A stretch of 64,000 bases of DNA. Source: Trichoplax sp. H2 (Eukaryota). The DNA lies in NCBI GenBank assembly GCA_003344405.1, contig NOWV01000195.1:1-64000 (forward strand). The letters run 5' to 3'. Below are positions 1 to 15,000 of this stretch, in pieces; the stretch's first letter is position 1; every line of letters begins with the position of its first letter. The notes under the pieces were generated by a model, which was not told the DNA's origin, did no database searches, and saw nothing but the letters and a program-made list of their open reading frames with translations. The translations under genes were made by a program, and so were the position numbers.

Positions 1-3000
1 GCGTACGTGACATATGATTACCAGACTCGCCGAGGTTCTTTAATTGTAGTGCTCTAATCTAGGCTGGAATCCTAAGTATACTATAATGAACAACTATCGG
101 TAATATTTTTCAGAGTAGCTAAAGCGATCGGGCTTTCATATCCTGAAAAGGATATTGTAATAGTATCAATTATATCGACATCTATTAAATTAAAGTAACC
201 GGGTGAGTTCTTTGATTAGTTTACAATTACTATTATAGTCCGGCAAATTAATTAAAAATAAAGTAAACTTTTAAAGGATGCCAATGCATAGCTGAATTTA
301 TACAGTCGACGTAATCATTGTGATTTTAATCTGCATTCAAATTTTAATCGCTTAATTGCTTAAATTTTGAATATTTGATGATATTCTATTATTTTTAATT
401 CTAGGGTTAAATAGATATTTGTTTAAATCTGATTTCGAATTGGAATTTGTAATTTTTTTTGGGGGGGGGGGTATGGTATGTGTTTTCGTTAGAGAAAATC
501 TTGTTAATTTAAAAACATACTGTAGATATTTGTCAATTACGAACCTTCGTGGCATGAGCTGTTTCCAACAATAGATACTTTAGAAAGGACCATAATGGTG
601 TCACAAGATCGATTACGTTAGCTACTTTGAATAAATTGCGGTATAACTGTATGGGATATTAAAGAGACTTGCATTAAACTTTTATTGATTACTCGTTTCA
701 ATTACCTAGTTTTTGAATGAATTGTAGTGATGAACTATACGTAGGAAAGTTGATGTACGAAATTTATCATGTGATAAATATTAATGCTATTTATAAATAT
801 ACTGAAAATAGACATAGTATAGAGAACTAAGTTTATCGTCGTTAATGAACAAGTATTTCTATTAATTATTAAAAGGATATGGATGAATAATTATTTGACT
901 ACCAGATAAAATTTATTTTGAGAAACAAGAGGCATACCAATTTATGTTATGAACCTGAATTTTCGTAGTGATGGCGATACGAGTATTCAATGGCATCAAA
1001 CTAGTGAGGAAGCTGTAATAATCTTAACGATTTTGGGACATATCAAAACTGTGCTTATTAGTGCATTATGCTAATTTATTTAAAAATTTTATGATTTCTA
1101 TGGAAATACTACAAAATGATTGCACTGTGTGATTTACTCTACAAATTTCATTAGATGATTAAAGAAAGAGCTTTGCAATACAGTCTGCTGATTTCAAGCT
1201 TTGTCATTACCGTATATTTTCTATCAAATTTGAAAAAGTCTAATAATATTGGAAAATTTTATTTATAAGATGTGAATTGAATATCTTTCTGAACTTTCCG
1301 GAATGATTTTAAATTATAATTATTAGATGCAATAATCACGCAAGAAACTTTAAAATTGAAAGTAGTTATTATATAACATCATGATAACTGTCTTAGGAAA
1401 GATATTCTAAATAGACTATGTAATTGCTGTCAAAATCTTCACAAGCGATAGATTCTCAATTTAGCAACCGTAATGCTGTTCTTTAAGTATCGCTGAAACA
1501 AATACAAATCGATACTTAGTTAATGATAGCAGCGTTGCTAAAACAAAAATCTAATTATTTATAGGCAACGTTCACCTTATTCCTACACTTCTTAATCAAA
1601 GGGTGATATAACACTCAGGCGAATATGCAGATTAAACTAGATATACTGTAGCTTGTAATTATTTACAAGGCCGTTTATACAAGACTACCTATTGATATCT
1701 TTAAAATCCTTCAAAACAAGCTAGAAAAACGCAGCAAAAATAAAAATATAATACTTTTGAGATCTATTAAAGCCTTCTTTCACAAGGGAATAAAAATTTG
1801 AATGTATGAAGTTAAATGAAAGTTAAATAGAATGTTGCGTGCACCTTTTTTGCTATACTCTTTGTAATTTCTAGCTTATAATCTCGATTGCGTTTTTGCC
1901 TCAAACATAGTTATGCTATATTTCTGTGACCCCGAAGATATCTATACCCTAATATTGTCTATAGACAATGAAAAGTAATTGAAAATTAATATCAAAATCT
2001 TTTTTATTGCTAAGTATGTCTATTTAAATAATAAAGGAAAAATATTTATAATTATAAAAATAAATGTTGAACTCCCAATTGATCAATTAAATGACGATAA
2101 AATAAGTTTGAATTGTTACAGTTACTATTTATATTATTATTGATACAAAAGCATTGATTTCAGAAAGCAATTATAGGTCTCTATAATATCATTGAAATGA
2201 ACAATAAATAGCTGCGTATATGGTGATAGAATTTCAATCAAATTATTTATTCTACGATTGAATTCCGGTCTCAATTATATTTACAAAATTATCGATTGTC
2301 ACGTACATAGTTTAATTTCGATTAAATATCTTAAATAAGAGGAATTCTCAACCGAGAGTATCATTAAAATAAGTTCCTTTGGTAAATGGATGAAATCAAC
2401 ACCAGAAGGATTTCTTTGCATTACTGATTCTGAAATGTGATGAATTTAATTGACCGTTGATCTGTAGGTTAGTCGTAGAGGCTTCCATAAAAAGCTTAAT
2501 ATTATTTGATTGCGTAGTTATTTCGTGCACTTTAAAAATGTATTCATTCCAGTAAATATTTTCGTGCGTGATTTATATATTAAATACAAATTGCTTTTAA
2601 TTTCATTTCATACTGCTCCGTTACCAATAAAACCATCTACTCTGTGCAAGAAAATAATCGTACATTAATCTTACGCCTTTTTGCTTATCTCTACATTAGC
2701 CCTTTTACATCTGATATAGTAACAATCGCTCTTTGAAATAATCTCATTTACTTTCGTTATTGTTCTCTATCTGTAAAATTTACTTTAAAAGTATCATAAA
2801 ATAAATCTAAGTGCAATCTGATTAGAACTGTCTAGAGGTTGAACTTTAAATGACTTATGATCCGTGTAGATTTGAAGTCTTTTCCCTAAAACCAATAGCA
2901 TTAGACTCTAATATTTGATATTTACAATTTAAGCCATTAAGGAGAGATTAAGAATTCCAACTATCCTGGTAAAGATCTTTATGACTAATTGTCATTGAAT

Positions 3001-3006
3001 AACAGC

Positions 3007-4814
3007 ATGGCAAATCTCACTGCACAGCGTAACATTAGGAGTTCATCTATTGCCAAATCTTTTATGCATGTAATTAGTATCTTAGAATTTTGCCTTTGCA
3101 TCTTGTTCAATATGCTGGTCGTGCTATTTTTTCTTCGAAAAGGAAGGAGAAGGCTGTCATCAACACAATTTCTCATCGTAGCAGTATCAGTCACGGATAT
3201 GTTTTACACTTGTAGCGGGTAAGTATGGTGATAGAATTTTTTTTAATTTATAGTAGACTTTAAGGGTAATAGAACTACTTGGATCATGTATCTTATAGTA
3301 TTCAACTTTTACCGTCGGTTTCTATTTGGAAAATTTGTCAAAGTCAATGCTCCAAGCTGAACTGATAAATGCTCGACATCGTTAATCTATATGGTTGTAC
3401 TTCGTTATTTAAGTAAAATACGATAAATTTTATGCTATTTATTAGCAGTAAAGCAATACGAACTATTGATTAGCGCATTAGATAGCTCCAAAAGTTAAAA
3501 TTTGAATAAAGTCAGTTGATAATTAATACTGCAATGGATCTCTGAAATAATCATTTTGAGACTGGTAAATTAATAGGACTATGTAAAGAAAACTTATCAT
3601 ATTTTGGGCTTCCATAAGCATTAGCGGCAAACAATTATATCTTTGAAGCCATTTAAGCACCATAAAAATAAGATTGAAAAACCTACAAATATATATTTGC
3701 ATCTAGCTATTCATTTCAATTTATTACATTACTTATTTCTAATAGCCATTAAAAACTGAGCTTACTTTGATTAAATCTTAATCACAATATTAGCAATATT
3801 CATGTTAATTTACATGTTCTGGGGCAATACGTTTTTGCATTATACACCCGATTTTTAAAAATAAGAAAGACAGAATCATGAAGAGATTTCCATTCTTAAT
3901 TCAAGCAATCTACTAAATTACATAATTTTTAATCTAGGGTTGCAGCCGCTTTAATTACTGGGATTTTTTCAGAAACAAGTGAAAGCGCCTTTTCAGTAAT
4001 TAATCCAATTATTTGTCAGTTAATGATAACTTTTCAATTTATACTTATTGAAGCCAGCGTCTTAACGCGTTTCCTTCTATCAATGGCTCGCTATGCTGTC
4101 ATTACGAGAAATATAAAAACTATCAACACAGGAACAATGCAAAAGCTACTTACATTTCCAATCATAAAATGGATGCTTTTTATGGTTTGGACAGGCTCCA
4201 TTTTGGTAATAACCATACCAAAATGGCTTCCTCCAAATTCAATATTTCAGCAGCAGAATAAAACTGTTTTAATCTCCTGTTCAATTTTGAGTTCTAGCAA
4301 ATTGTCATCGGACGAGAAATTTTATAATTTCATCTTGTCCATTTTAACCATTGTTGTGCCAAGCCTGTTCATCCTGAATAATTATGTCCTCATTCTCAAG
4401 CACTTAAGTAGCAGTGCACGGCGTGTCAGTAGCTATAATGGAGGACATTTGGCAGTAGCCTATGCTAAACTAATCATGAACCAAAATCGTCGAACCTCAA
4501 TTAATGCAATAGAAAAGCAAATGTTGCGTATATATACACTAAAGCGTAGGCGCTCTCAGCAGCGACAGTTAGCTACAACTGTTATGATTCTTTCCTCGAC
4601 ATTAATCATTTCTTATTATCCTATTGTAATTATTAATATTGCCGCAAACTTTACTACAGTATCTGTATCTAGTCTTTACGTGCAAGTTGTATTGTCGATT
4701 TCCTATCTTATTAGCATTGTTGCTCCAATGCTGTTATTAGTTCGTAATAGAAAACTGCAGTCATATGTAAAGTCTTGGTTTAAAACAAACTCTGTGTCTC
4801 CAATTGATCAGTAA
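3007..4814 (+). CDS. Class A (rhodopsin-like) orphan GPCR, 2 exons (3007-3218, 3938-4814)
   Basis: Exon 1 (MANLTAQ...) encodes TM1-TM2 (LIVAVSVTD) and ends GG|GTAAGT. The acceptor TCTAG at 3937 restores the frame into the 4023 ORF. TM3 Cys (IICQL), an ARY variant of DRY, TM6 SYYP and TM7 VAPMLL are present, with seven hydrophobic segments overall. Confidence 0.88.
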
Positions 4815-7800
4815 TGCTTTTGCCGTTATTTTTATACTGATGTCCTACTTTATAAAGCGTTGCATTGCACCAAAAGCCTAAAATTTTGAATTATCAAATT
4901 TCATTGCCACTTTTCTCCTGCAATTTGATAATAAAAGCATTAATGAATGAGAAGCTAACAAAAATTGTACCGAATTCTTTCTCAAGTTTGAGCATTTTTA
5001 TCAGAAGTATGGAATAAATAGCTTCAAACGTAATAAAATTATTAAGTTACCCCTTCGCTAACATATATTTAGCCTGTGCAGATTTGCTTTCCAGAAGCTT
5101 CATGCTTCCTATGTTAACGATGAAGATTATTTTTACAGTATGCTTGAGTATTAGTAAACTTCTTTATTTTACAAACTGTTTTATACATTGCCCTAATTCA
5201 TTACTATTATCTAGTCATGCATTTATTTTCCACGGCAACCCTAGTTATTGCTATAGTACCGTAAAAGTCCTGAAATAATAATTTACTAACTTCGAAGTTC
5301 ACGGTAACTAAATCATTACCAAAGCCCTATTTATTTCTTTCCCAGAATTCCTGTAAATGAAGAAATTGAACATATGAGGTAATCTTAAAGAATATTTAGA
5401 TTAGACACACTCCTTGCTGACTGTAATTTAAGCGACTACAAAATTCCAAATTACTAAAATTAAAACTTTACTAGATCATTATACAAAGATATCAATCTAA
5501 ATACTGCTCTACTCTAATCGAATGCAGTTACTAGAAAGGCTTCTAGATAGAACTACTGAATAATTCAAAGTTGCCTGTTATGTGCTTTTCATATTATTTG
5601 TTGCTGTAATCAACATAGAACATTTCACCTCATTTTACACTTATTTAGATTACAATTATTATTAGCAACAACAATTTATAGTGGACTACAATCCAATATG
5701 GTAATAGCTACTGCATTCACGAAGACATTATTTCTGTCAGACAGTAGGTACGATGAACTATCTATATTCTAATACATAATTTACATATCTGCTTTTATTT
5801 CTAACTTCAATCGTGACTCAAATACTCTACTGTATATGGTCATCTGTACTCTGATATAGAATCTTGAATTATAGTTTACGCCTATGAGCTACTAAATATG
5901 CCTTGCGATAAATATATGAAGCTGCGATGCCGTACATGATTTGAAATATGGCTAATAATATACGATCCAATACTAGGTTACACTACATGAACTTATTGGC
6001 AAATAATGGATATAATCTTTGATTTCGTACACAAAGCGATGTAATTATGACATGCGCTAAAAATACTTTTACTATACATGTTTAGTCATAGTGCGATTTA
6101 TCATAAAACTTGACCTTATAGTAAACTTATTCGAAAAAGAGCCAGCTAAACAGCTGTAACGAAGCCGCTTACATCGATTAATCATACCAGATTAAATATA
6201 TAATTCAGTACAGTTTAAATTGACAGCTATAACTATTTAAAGATACTTGTAAATGAAATCTTTATAATTTGGCCTGAGAAATTTTTTTTCCGGTTCATAA
6301 TTGTGATCAATACGATTACATGCAAAATTTATGAATTACACTGCTTACATCAATTATTACTAGAGTAGCTCGTTAATACTTTCTGAAGCACCTCTCATTG
6401 GCATAATTTGGAAACTTATTCAGCTAATTATGCGGAAGTTTATTTTATTCTATCAATAAGGGAGTGTTGGAAAACTACAATGCATTTTGTGTACAAAATA
6501 ATGAGGCATGACCAAGGCTTACGTACAGTTTAATAATTATATATCTTAATTTTATTTTCCATAGCCCGTTAGAATCACAAGCGATACATTCATTTCAATT
6601 ATCCCACCTTAGTCATTGCTAGTTATATACAGTCTTGATTGCCTTTTAAGATTTTTACTATTGGGTTAATCATTTAATCGCTAAGACAGTATCTTAGAGA
6701 GTATTTCTATAAGTATAAAAATCAGCACGGAATATTCTGGAAAAATTTTGATCATATAAACAACCCAATGTATTATTATACGTCATTTTAAAAATTTCAC
6801 TGAAAGCAATTCCGAGACAACAACGCTTTAAATTAATTGTTTGCTATCATAACCGCATAAACTGCATGCGTGGCTATGTTATTGGTAGATTGAAAACTTT
6901 TCCTATCATTAAATAATACTTATGACATAAAAAACAAATCAAGCTTAAAGAATGTCAGTATTTCCGCTAATTTCAAATGTGATGAATTACGAAATCAGAA
7001 ATATATATATTGGTATTATTACGTGTGAAGATTGGCAATTGTTGTGTGCAGAACTTGGGGAAATTAAATCAATTTTAATAAAAAGCAAAGAGGTTCTCAG
7101 CTATATTTGTGCTACAGTTCTGGGAAAACAAGGTGTTAATTAATGATAGTTAAAGTTTTTATTATGCTTTTGGATACTTTTAAATGATTAAAAAATGTGG
7201 ACTGCTTGCTTTTAGATAACTGTACTTATAGAAAACTACCGGTACTTCTCTAAATCAGTTATGTAGAATTTCAAATTTCAAATATCTGCCTATATTTCAT
7301 TTTAAAGTTAGCGACTAGTAACTCCCATAAAATTTAAAAGACATTCTAAATTAACTGGTATAAATTATGTACTGTAATAAAAACGACAAGAGTTAATGTC
7401 ACTTCTATAAGCTGTTTCGCCTCATTTATTTTGTTTGCTGTCCACAGATTATCTCCATATAGATCAGGCTCTAAATTATTTTTAAGTTTACATAACTGGG
7501 TCAGAATTCTTGTAAAAATTAATAAAGAAATCAAACTTATTCGATTGCATCGTGATGTTCATAATTCATTAATTAAGCCAGGACAACTTTGGCATTCATG
7601 AGGATTGTCTATAACTTATTCAATATCTGTTAATAAATAAATGTTATTAACAATTAATAAAATCTTAATTACTAATTATTAAGGCTAATGCTACAATTAA
7701 TTGAGGGAGTCTGTACTCCGTCACAATGTTATATCACTATTAAAAAATAGCTATATGATGATTTGTTAGTGTATTTATCAATCATATTAATAAACTAAAT

Positions 7801-8443
7801 TCTGTTGCTATAAGCCAGTACCAATATTCGAATGAATTATAACATAAAAGAATATCAAATTTCAAATCTTGCTTCATACGTTTATTTTATGAAGATTCCT
7901 AAGGAAGCTAAGTGGATTACGTACCAGAAACAAGGAAAATTTTGACCGTTTTTACACCATAAAATAAAAATTCGGGATAGATTGATCAATCAATACACAA
8001 TATAATCCCACTTAAGCCATAAAAATCAGTTCGAAAAATTTTAAGAATGAATCGCCGAATTTTTTAGGATGGTATTCCTATAATTTTGGTTCTATAAGGG
8101 GTAATCAAACATAATGTTATCGTCCTAACTTTGATACTTAACTCTCATTTCCATATAAATTTGTAGCTAAACAATAGGAAAAGCTAAATTGAGCTACGAA
8201 CTGATCATAAATTCTCTTCAGTCATATAAAAATATCATCTCACAATTTCATAATCGTTACTGAAGAACTGAAGTGAGTTGTTGCTATAAAGTGCCGGCAT
8301 CGGTCAGTGGTATTTCGCCTAAATATTATAAATAATTATAAAACCGTAGCTACGGTGCAGGACCCTCATTAGTAAAGTGATCCTTTATGTCGTTACTTAG
8401 ATGACTTGCATATTAAAATGAAGATAATTTATTAAAGACTTAA

Positions 8444-9073
8444 TGTGACAGTGTTAAATACTGTATTAGAGTAGAAATATTTATGATAGGATGATCCTGT
8501 TGGCCTATCCTTATTTAGTTAACTTCTAATTTGGATATACTGTGTTTTATTATAGCACTGACTTTTTATGACAGTGACACTTATACACATACTGAAATTA
8601 ATAGTCATAATAGGGAATGCAAATCATCTACTTACAGATCGAATCATTGTGATTGTAATTTACTTATGGTACATTGTAAATTATCGTGCAAATGGGCCGT
8701 GATAAAACATATCGTAATCTGACTATTCTATATTAGTCATTACATGTCTATATTCGTAAATACTGTTGTCTGCATTAAGGGAGCAGTAGCTAAACTTAAT
8801 ATCTAATTCAGTAAATGATTCCAATGTTAATCGTATTAACTATGACTCATGAATTATTGAGGAATAGTATATAAAAACAGTATATCGTGTAATAAAGTGG
8901 ATTCTCAAACTTAGTGTTTAACGTAAAATACGAGGCGTTTAAGTTTTTGTGTAGTCTGCTAGTAGAGTAACAGTGTTTGTGATAGTGCAGATATCGTTCC
9001 TTGATACGTGGTTCAAGGAATTGACTTATTGATCGTACATTACGTTATCTTGTTGCAAAGCTGTTTTGCGACA
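8444..9073 (+). mobile_element. Solo-LTR-like element, family A copy 1 (630 bp)
   Basis: Termini TGTGACA...TGCGACA, flanked by CTTAA/CTGAA (5-bp TSD, 1 mismatch). Internal TATATAA is followed by AATAAA. Closely similar to three other copies in the window. Confidence 0.85.
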
Positions 9074-11415
9074 CTGAATAAGACATATTAAAATCTGGAC
9101 CTTATAATGATACTTACTTACCATGTTAAACTAGAAAAAATTTGCTAATTGTTATCGATACAGTAGCTATTTGCTGATGATAATATATTCGCCGCCAACA
9201 ATAGTATAAAATTATTAAATATGTAATAATTATAAAAGAAAAATCAAAATTTCTTTAGAAAAAGATCTTCTAATTTCATCTTTTATTCGTTTCATGGAAA
9301 AATTAGAAAAGAATATTTTACTTTTTGCAGTTATAGCCATAATCATTGCCCGAGTGTTAATCCTCATCTATAAAATCAGAACTAGTAACTTTTAGTAGAT
9401 TATTTACCGTTAATCTTACGACAAATTTATCCTTGATGAATTATATTCATAGTGCCAATAATTAGACTAGCGTAAATCAGGAATAAATTTGAACTGCACC
9501 AGCTTGGTATTTTATTATGGAGATGGCCTTACTATATCGTTTAGTTTATATATGCGTACGCTAGTGCTAAAATGCAGTAGGGTAATAACCCAAACTTCAA
9601 ATGACTTGCTCTATTACTGTTATGGATTTAAGTTACGTCATTACTAGTGGGTCCTACTATTTTTTATTGCATGATTCTTTGCATTTATTCCTGTCGGTGA
9701 GCGTACGGTACAAGTACGGTTACGTATCAGCTAAGCATAGTTATATAAGATGTTGAAACAATCAATAAAGGTAGATATTCACGTGGAAGCATAGTTGCTA
9801 GTCTCGCTCCAGTCATCTGAGAGTTTAGAAGTATTTGTACGCTATGATCTAACAATTACTTATTCGCAACTATTATTAAAGCTTTAAAGTATTGTTAAGA
9901 TGAAGTTACAATTATTTTTTGCTGATAAGAAACCCTTTCAGTCCATAAAAATTGTTGATTAGAATACATGTATTCTTTAGTAAATATTCATAGCAACCAT
10001 AAATTCACTTTTAAACAATCGGTAAACAAACTATTTTGCCTTTATCAGATATCTTATCAATCGATAAATTGTAATTAAACATATATTAAAATTCGAATTT
10101 ATCATAACAATAATTTAATGGTTATGATTATTATTATGATTGATTACTTTCAATTTGAAATTTTCATTTTCAGGCTAGACTTCCAATTTACGTTAATTTG
10201 CGTAGAAAACTAGTATATAAAAATTATCTTGTATTTGGACTGATACATTATAATTCGAATTTGATTTGAAATGTTAGATTAATCTTTTGTTCCTTACAGC
10301 CTTAACGATATATTAGTTCAAATATGAAACTTTTAGGCTATTCAGTTGTACTCATCTAATTTCTTTACGTATTTTAAAAATATTACCATTGGGACAGGTA
10401 TGAGTAGTTTCGATCGAATTATCTTTAAGGCATGGCTAAGTTAATACTACTTACTGTACCATAACACAAGAAATTGTAAAATGAAATATTGACAAAGAAT
10501 TCACATACTTAGTAATTTTTAATTTAGTTGATCAAATGGTTAATACCGATAATTTTAGTCCTTCATTTTTCAGTACTAGAAGAGAGATGTGGAATAACAT
10601 GCATACACTCTATAATCATTAGAAGTTGATTAATTTTCTCTTTGCAACACTTAAATGTTAGAGTAGCTATATCGTAATTAGTACTATATTCGTTCTTCAA
10701 TAACTGTAGCCATTAAATAATTTATTGGCAATTTAGTTTTAGATATAGAAGCATGAAATGTAACCAGGATGATAGGATTCTTAATGTTACTTATGGATTT
10801 TCAACTTTTTGCTATATGCATATGTGATCATTAGCAAATATGATAGAATATAGGGATATTATTTACGGAGTAACTGTTATACAGTATCCGAACACTTACG
10901 CGTATTCACTGGTTGTTATAATATGGTAACTCATCCAGAGATGTAACATAGAAGTTTATTACTAACATTTTTACGAAATATTGAGGATAATTAATATTGT
11001 TATCGAAGCATTGATAAATATTGCTCATCCCACAGCACTATATAAATTGATAGGTCTGTTAAAAAACTTTGGGTTCATCAGTTTGCTGTTTCTGTTAGAG
11101 ACAAACATTTGCTTTATTTTTCTGATGGTGGGAGATAGGCAGTATTTTATTATAAACATAAGGTAAATGTCGATGAGGACAAGTTTGATATTGGGCTCTT
11201 TGTAGTTTAGTTTTTGCTATAAATTCCAATTTGTAATACGGTTACTCGTATTATTGGATAGCCTATCCACAAATGTGCGAACAACTATTTATCTACGACA
11301 TTTCACATATTAATTTAGAATTGCATAATTTTACAATACTATCAAAGTTTCGATAATTGATATTTACATAGTTTTGCTATAAATTAGTTAATATTCTCAT
11401 TATAATTTAGGGATC

Positions 11416-12036
11416 TGTCACAAAACAGCTTTGCAACAAGATAACGTAATGTACGATCAATAAGTCAATTCCTTGAACCACGTATCAAGGAACGATATCT
11501 GCACTATCACAAACACTTTTGCTCTACTAGCAGACTACACAGAGACTTAAACGCCTCGTATTTTACGTTAAACACTAAGTTGGAGAATTCTCTTTATTTC
11601 ACGATATACTGCATTTATATACTATTCCTCAATAGTTCATGGGTCATAGTTAATACAATTAACCTCGGAATCATTAGATATTAATTTTAGCTACTGCTCC
11701 CTTAATGCAGACAACAGTATTTACGAATATAGACATGTAATGACTAATATAGAATAGTCAGATTACGACATGTCCTATTACGGAACATTTTCATGATAAT
11801 TTACAATCTACCATAAGTAAATTACAATCACAATGATTCGATCTGTAAGTAGATGATTTGCATTCCCTATTATAACTATTAATTTCAGTATGTGTATAAG
11901 TGTCACTGTCATAAAAAGTCAGTGCTATATTAAAACACAGTATATCCAAATTAGAAGTTAACTAAATAAGGATAGTCTAACACAATTATCCTAACATAGA
12001 TATTTCTACTGTAATACAGTATTTAACACTGTAACA
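11416..12036 (-). mobile_element. Solo-LTR-like element, family A copy 2 (621 bp, inverted)
   Basis: Reverse-complement copy of 8444-9073, with a perfect 5-bp TSD GGATC at 11411-11415 and 12037-12041. Confidence 0.88.
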
Positions 12037-15000
12037 GGATCAAAACTTGATCTAAGAGAGTTATTTAGCCTGTACGGCTTTGATAGTATAGGTTGAGGTT
12101 ATTGATTTGTTCTAAAAGATAATTTACGGGGACGAGCGACCTGATATCAGACTCGTAGTACTGGTTTCCGTACTGCCTAAGTTTGTAATAGTGCCCCAAA
12201 ATTTTAATTAAGGTTTTAGATGGTTCATTATATATTTATCTGTCTGGATAGAGCGATAAATGTGAGAGATGTAGCTATTCTTTAAATCACTGAAATGGTT
12301 TAATTATGGTAATAGCCATTAGTTATGTAGAATGCGTATTTCAACTAGAGTGCTTATCACGATCAGTTTTTTGATTAGACAACTTACCGTAAATAACAGA
12401 TCTGATGGTCTAATTTCTTAAATGTCTATCAAAAAATGTATCTGACTGAGGATTTTTGCGAATATTGCTACTTTTAAAGATTTACAAACAACTTGGATGC
12501 CCATTACAACATCAATGTTATGTAAATGAAGGAACAGAGAATAGAACATATTTATTGCTAAAATTATTTTCTCATTATATATATATTATCAGTTACATCT
12601 TGCATGTAAACAAATTTAAAGTTCATCCTTGACAACTGAATATATTATCCATACAGCTATTTCTTACGTGTTTTTCAAATAAGTAAACATCCTTAACAAA
12701 TAACTCATCCGTAATCATGCGTAAGTCTAAGTTCTAAGTCTAATTAAAATTAAACAATTTTTGATCTAAAATTTAATCATCTATGTATTCCCTTTTATAA
12801 ACTCTAGCCACTGGTACAAGTAATAAAATTTTTAATTATAGCATTTTAAGTAGTAGCTGAGAATAAGTTCTGGCTACTATATCTAGTGTTTAAAAATTTG
12901 ATAATTTACCAAATCGGTTTAAATCACTAAGCTATTCGCTAGCATCATAAGACTACTATTATCAGCTAACTTTAGTTTATGCTGAATAATAGAAATTATA
13001 TCAATAAGTTACATTAATGAATTAAAGATATACTGTATTAACAAGCAGGTTTGGTCTAATTACATCTAAAACCACAATGTACAGAGTTGAGCAAAGATTG
13101 ATTATATGTTCACTGGACACCTATAGTCAATAAATTTTGATGAGAGTTTGTGATTTTGTCATAATCCAACGTTATAATAAGAAAGGACTAGTTAAAACTA
13201 GGAAACGATACCGGAAGTCACAGTTGTAATTATTCTTCTACAACTGCAGCTTATTTTATTTCTTGAAAAATTTTACTTATGTAGAAAAAATTATTTATAA
13301 AAATAAGTTATTTTTTTATTCCTTTCCCAATTGAAAGTTCATGATACTGGTAAGCTTGCGAAAAAGTTCTTCTGCTTTACATAACTCTCTCTATTTATCC
13401 TATCTTAAGTAAGGCTTTCAAATTTCTACTATTAAACATGCAGTTATATCCAAATTGTTAAAATATTCGTATGTTAAGAATATTTTCCTTTCAGTTTAGT
13501 AATAGTAATCTGCATCACTAAATACATATTACCTACTAAGCACTTAAATGGCCTACGTTTGAACGTATCTCTACTTAATTATTTTTTTAATTGCTAGCAT
13601 TATAACATTTATTATTTATGGTACAAACGAACAGTATAGTAACACCTCTGAAATTATAGAGTTTCTGTAAGGTTGAAGGTTGGATTTAATTCATTTAGCT
13701 TTTCGCACATTTTTATCGAGTATTGCCAAAATTTTGACATTCCGTCAAATTTTGTTGTTACTGTCTACCAGATACTGTTACCCTTCTTGATAAGTTGTCA
13801 GCTGTTGTTAATAGTAGATATACTGTATGGAATATATAAAATGTCTTTCATTAAAGTTTCACAAATTGCAACATCGGTCAAAGAGTATTGTATCGCGTTA
13901 TGCTAAGTATAAGTGCAGAAGCAATTATTATTTTCTAGTTTCATTAGTGAAAGTAAAGTGAATACGGATTATGAATATGAAAAAATGGCACGAATTGAAT
14001 ATGATGGTTCTGCAGTTATGCATAAAATGATTATGATTATAATGAGCATGGAAAGAATTGTTAAATAATGGTATTCATAACCTTTCATTTAACTAGATTT
14101 TGATTTTCTTATTACTTGAAGTCTAATACCGGAAAATTTTGCTTGTTTAAAGAACCGGATGTAAATTTAAATCTTTATAGGAATAGATCCTTATCATGAT
14201 ATAAATCTTGGAAATTAATGTAAAGTAGCCATATTGCAGGATTGCAGTATATCGTAAGGTGACGTAGATTGATCATGACGATGTTACTGCTATAATCAAA
14301 TGTCAATAATGCAAATCAATCAATCAGTTTTTCGTTTTTACTCAAAAATTTTATTTTGCTAAAACTTTTGGAGAAGTTTTTTAAATTTTAAATGGAAGGG
14401 AAGTTTTAATAGAGATTCCGTAGATAACAGTTGAGGCAAAAGTGATAATTTTTTGTCCGTAATCAATCATCTGGCTGTTCAATTCTCAACCTATTCATTA
14501 GAGAATTCCATTTTATAGAACTCGGACTTACGGAATACCTTGATATTTATGAAAAAGACAGACGACCTGGGTGATTCCTTTATTTTATTATTCTTGCTTG
14601 AAATATCTGTTTCGTTGCTACTTAAAATTACGTTATGAACAATTACTTAATTGAAACCATTCTTTAGAATTCATTTTCCAACTGAATAGTTCATTTTTAT
14701 CAATTTAAAAATATTACCATGCATGTATGCAAGCATTTTCGCTTTTCCATACTTCAATTTTGGTTTATAAAATATTCGTTCTTTTAAGCGATAGCTCAAT
14801 GCTTGCCGATTAATTATCCAATAAAATTAAAAATTTCTGTCAAAAAACTCTTCTGGAAATGTCTTACTCTTGCATGCGAGCATTGTGTTGTGATACTACC
14901 ATTAGAGATAATCAAGTAGCTGTAACTTAAATACACATTATTATAATCCTTTAGCTCGCTTCTAATCCTAATATTAACTTTACTTCAACTTTAAACAGAT

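Noticed and set aside
1..12. GCGTACGTGACA resembles the GTACCGTGACA terminus of the LTR-like families
   Set aside because: Truncated by the window edge, so the TSD and the other end cannot be checked.
8531..8722. Recurrent 63-aa ORF (also 22275-22466 and 53166-53357) that looks like a Cys-rich peptide family
   Set aside because: It is TTG-initiated and lies wholly inside the family A repeat, so the similarity is explained by DNA copying.
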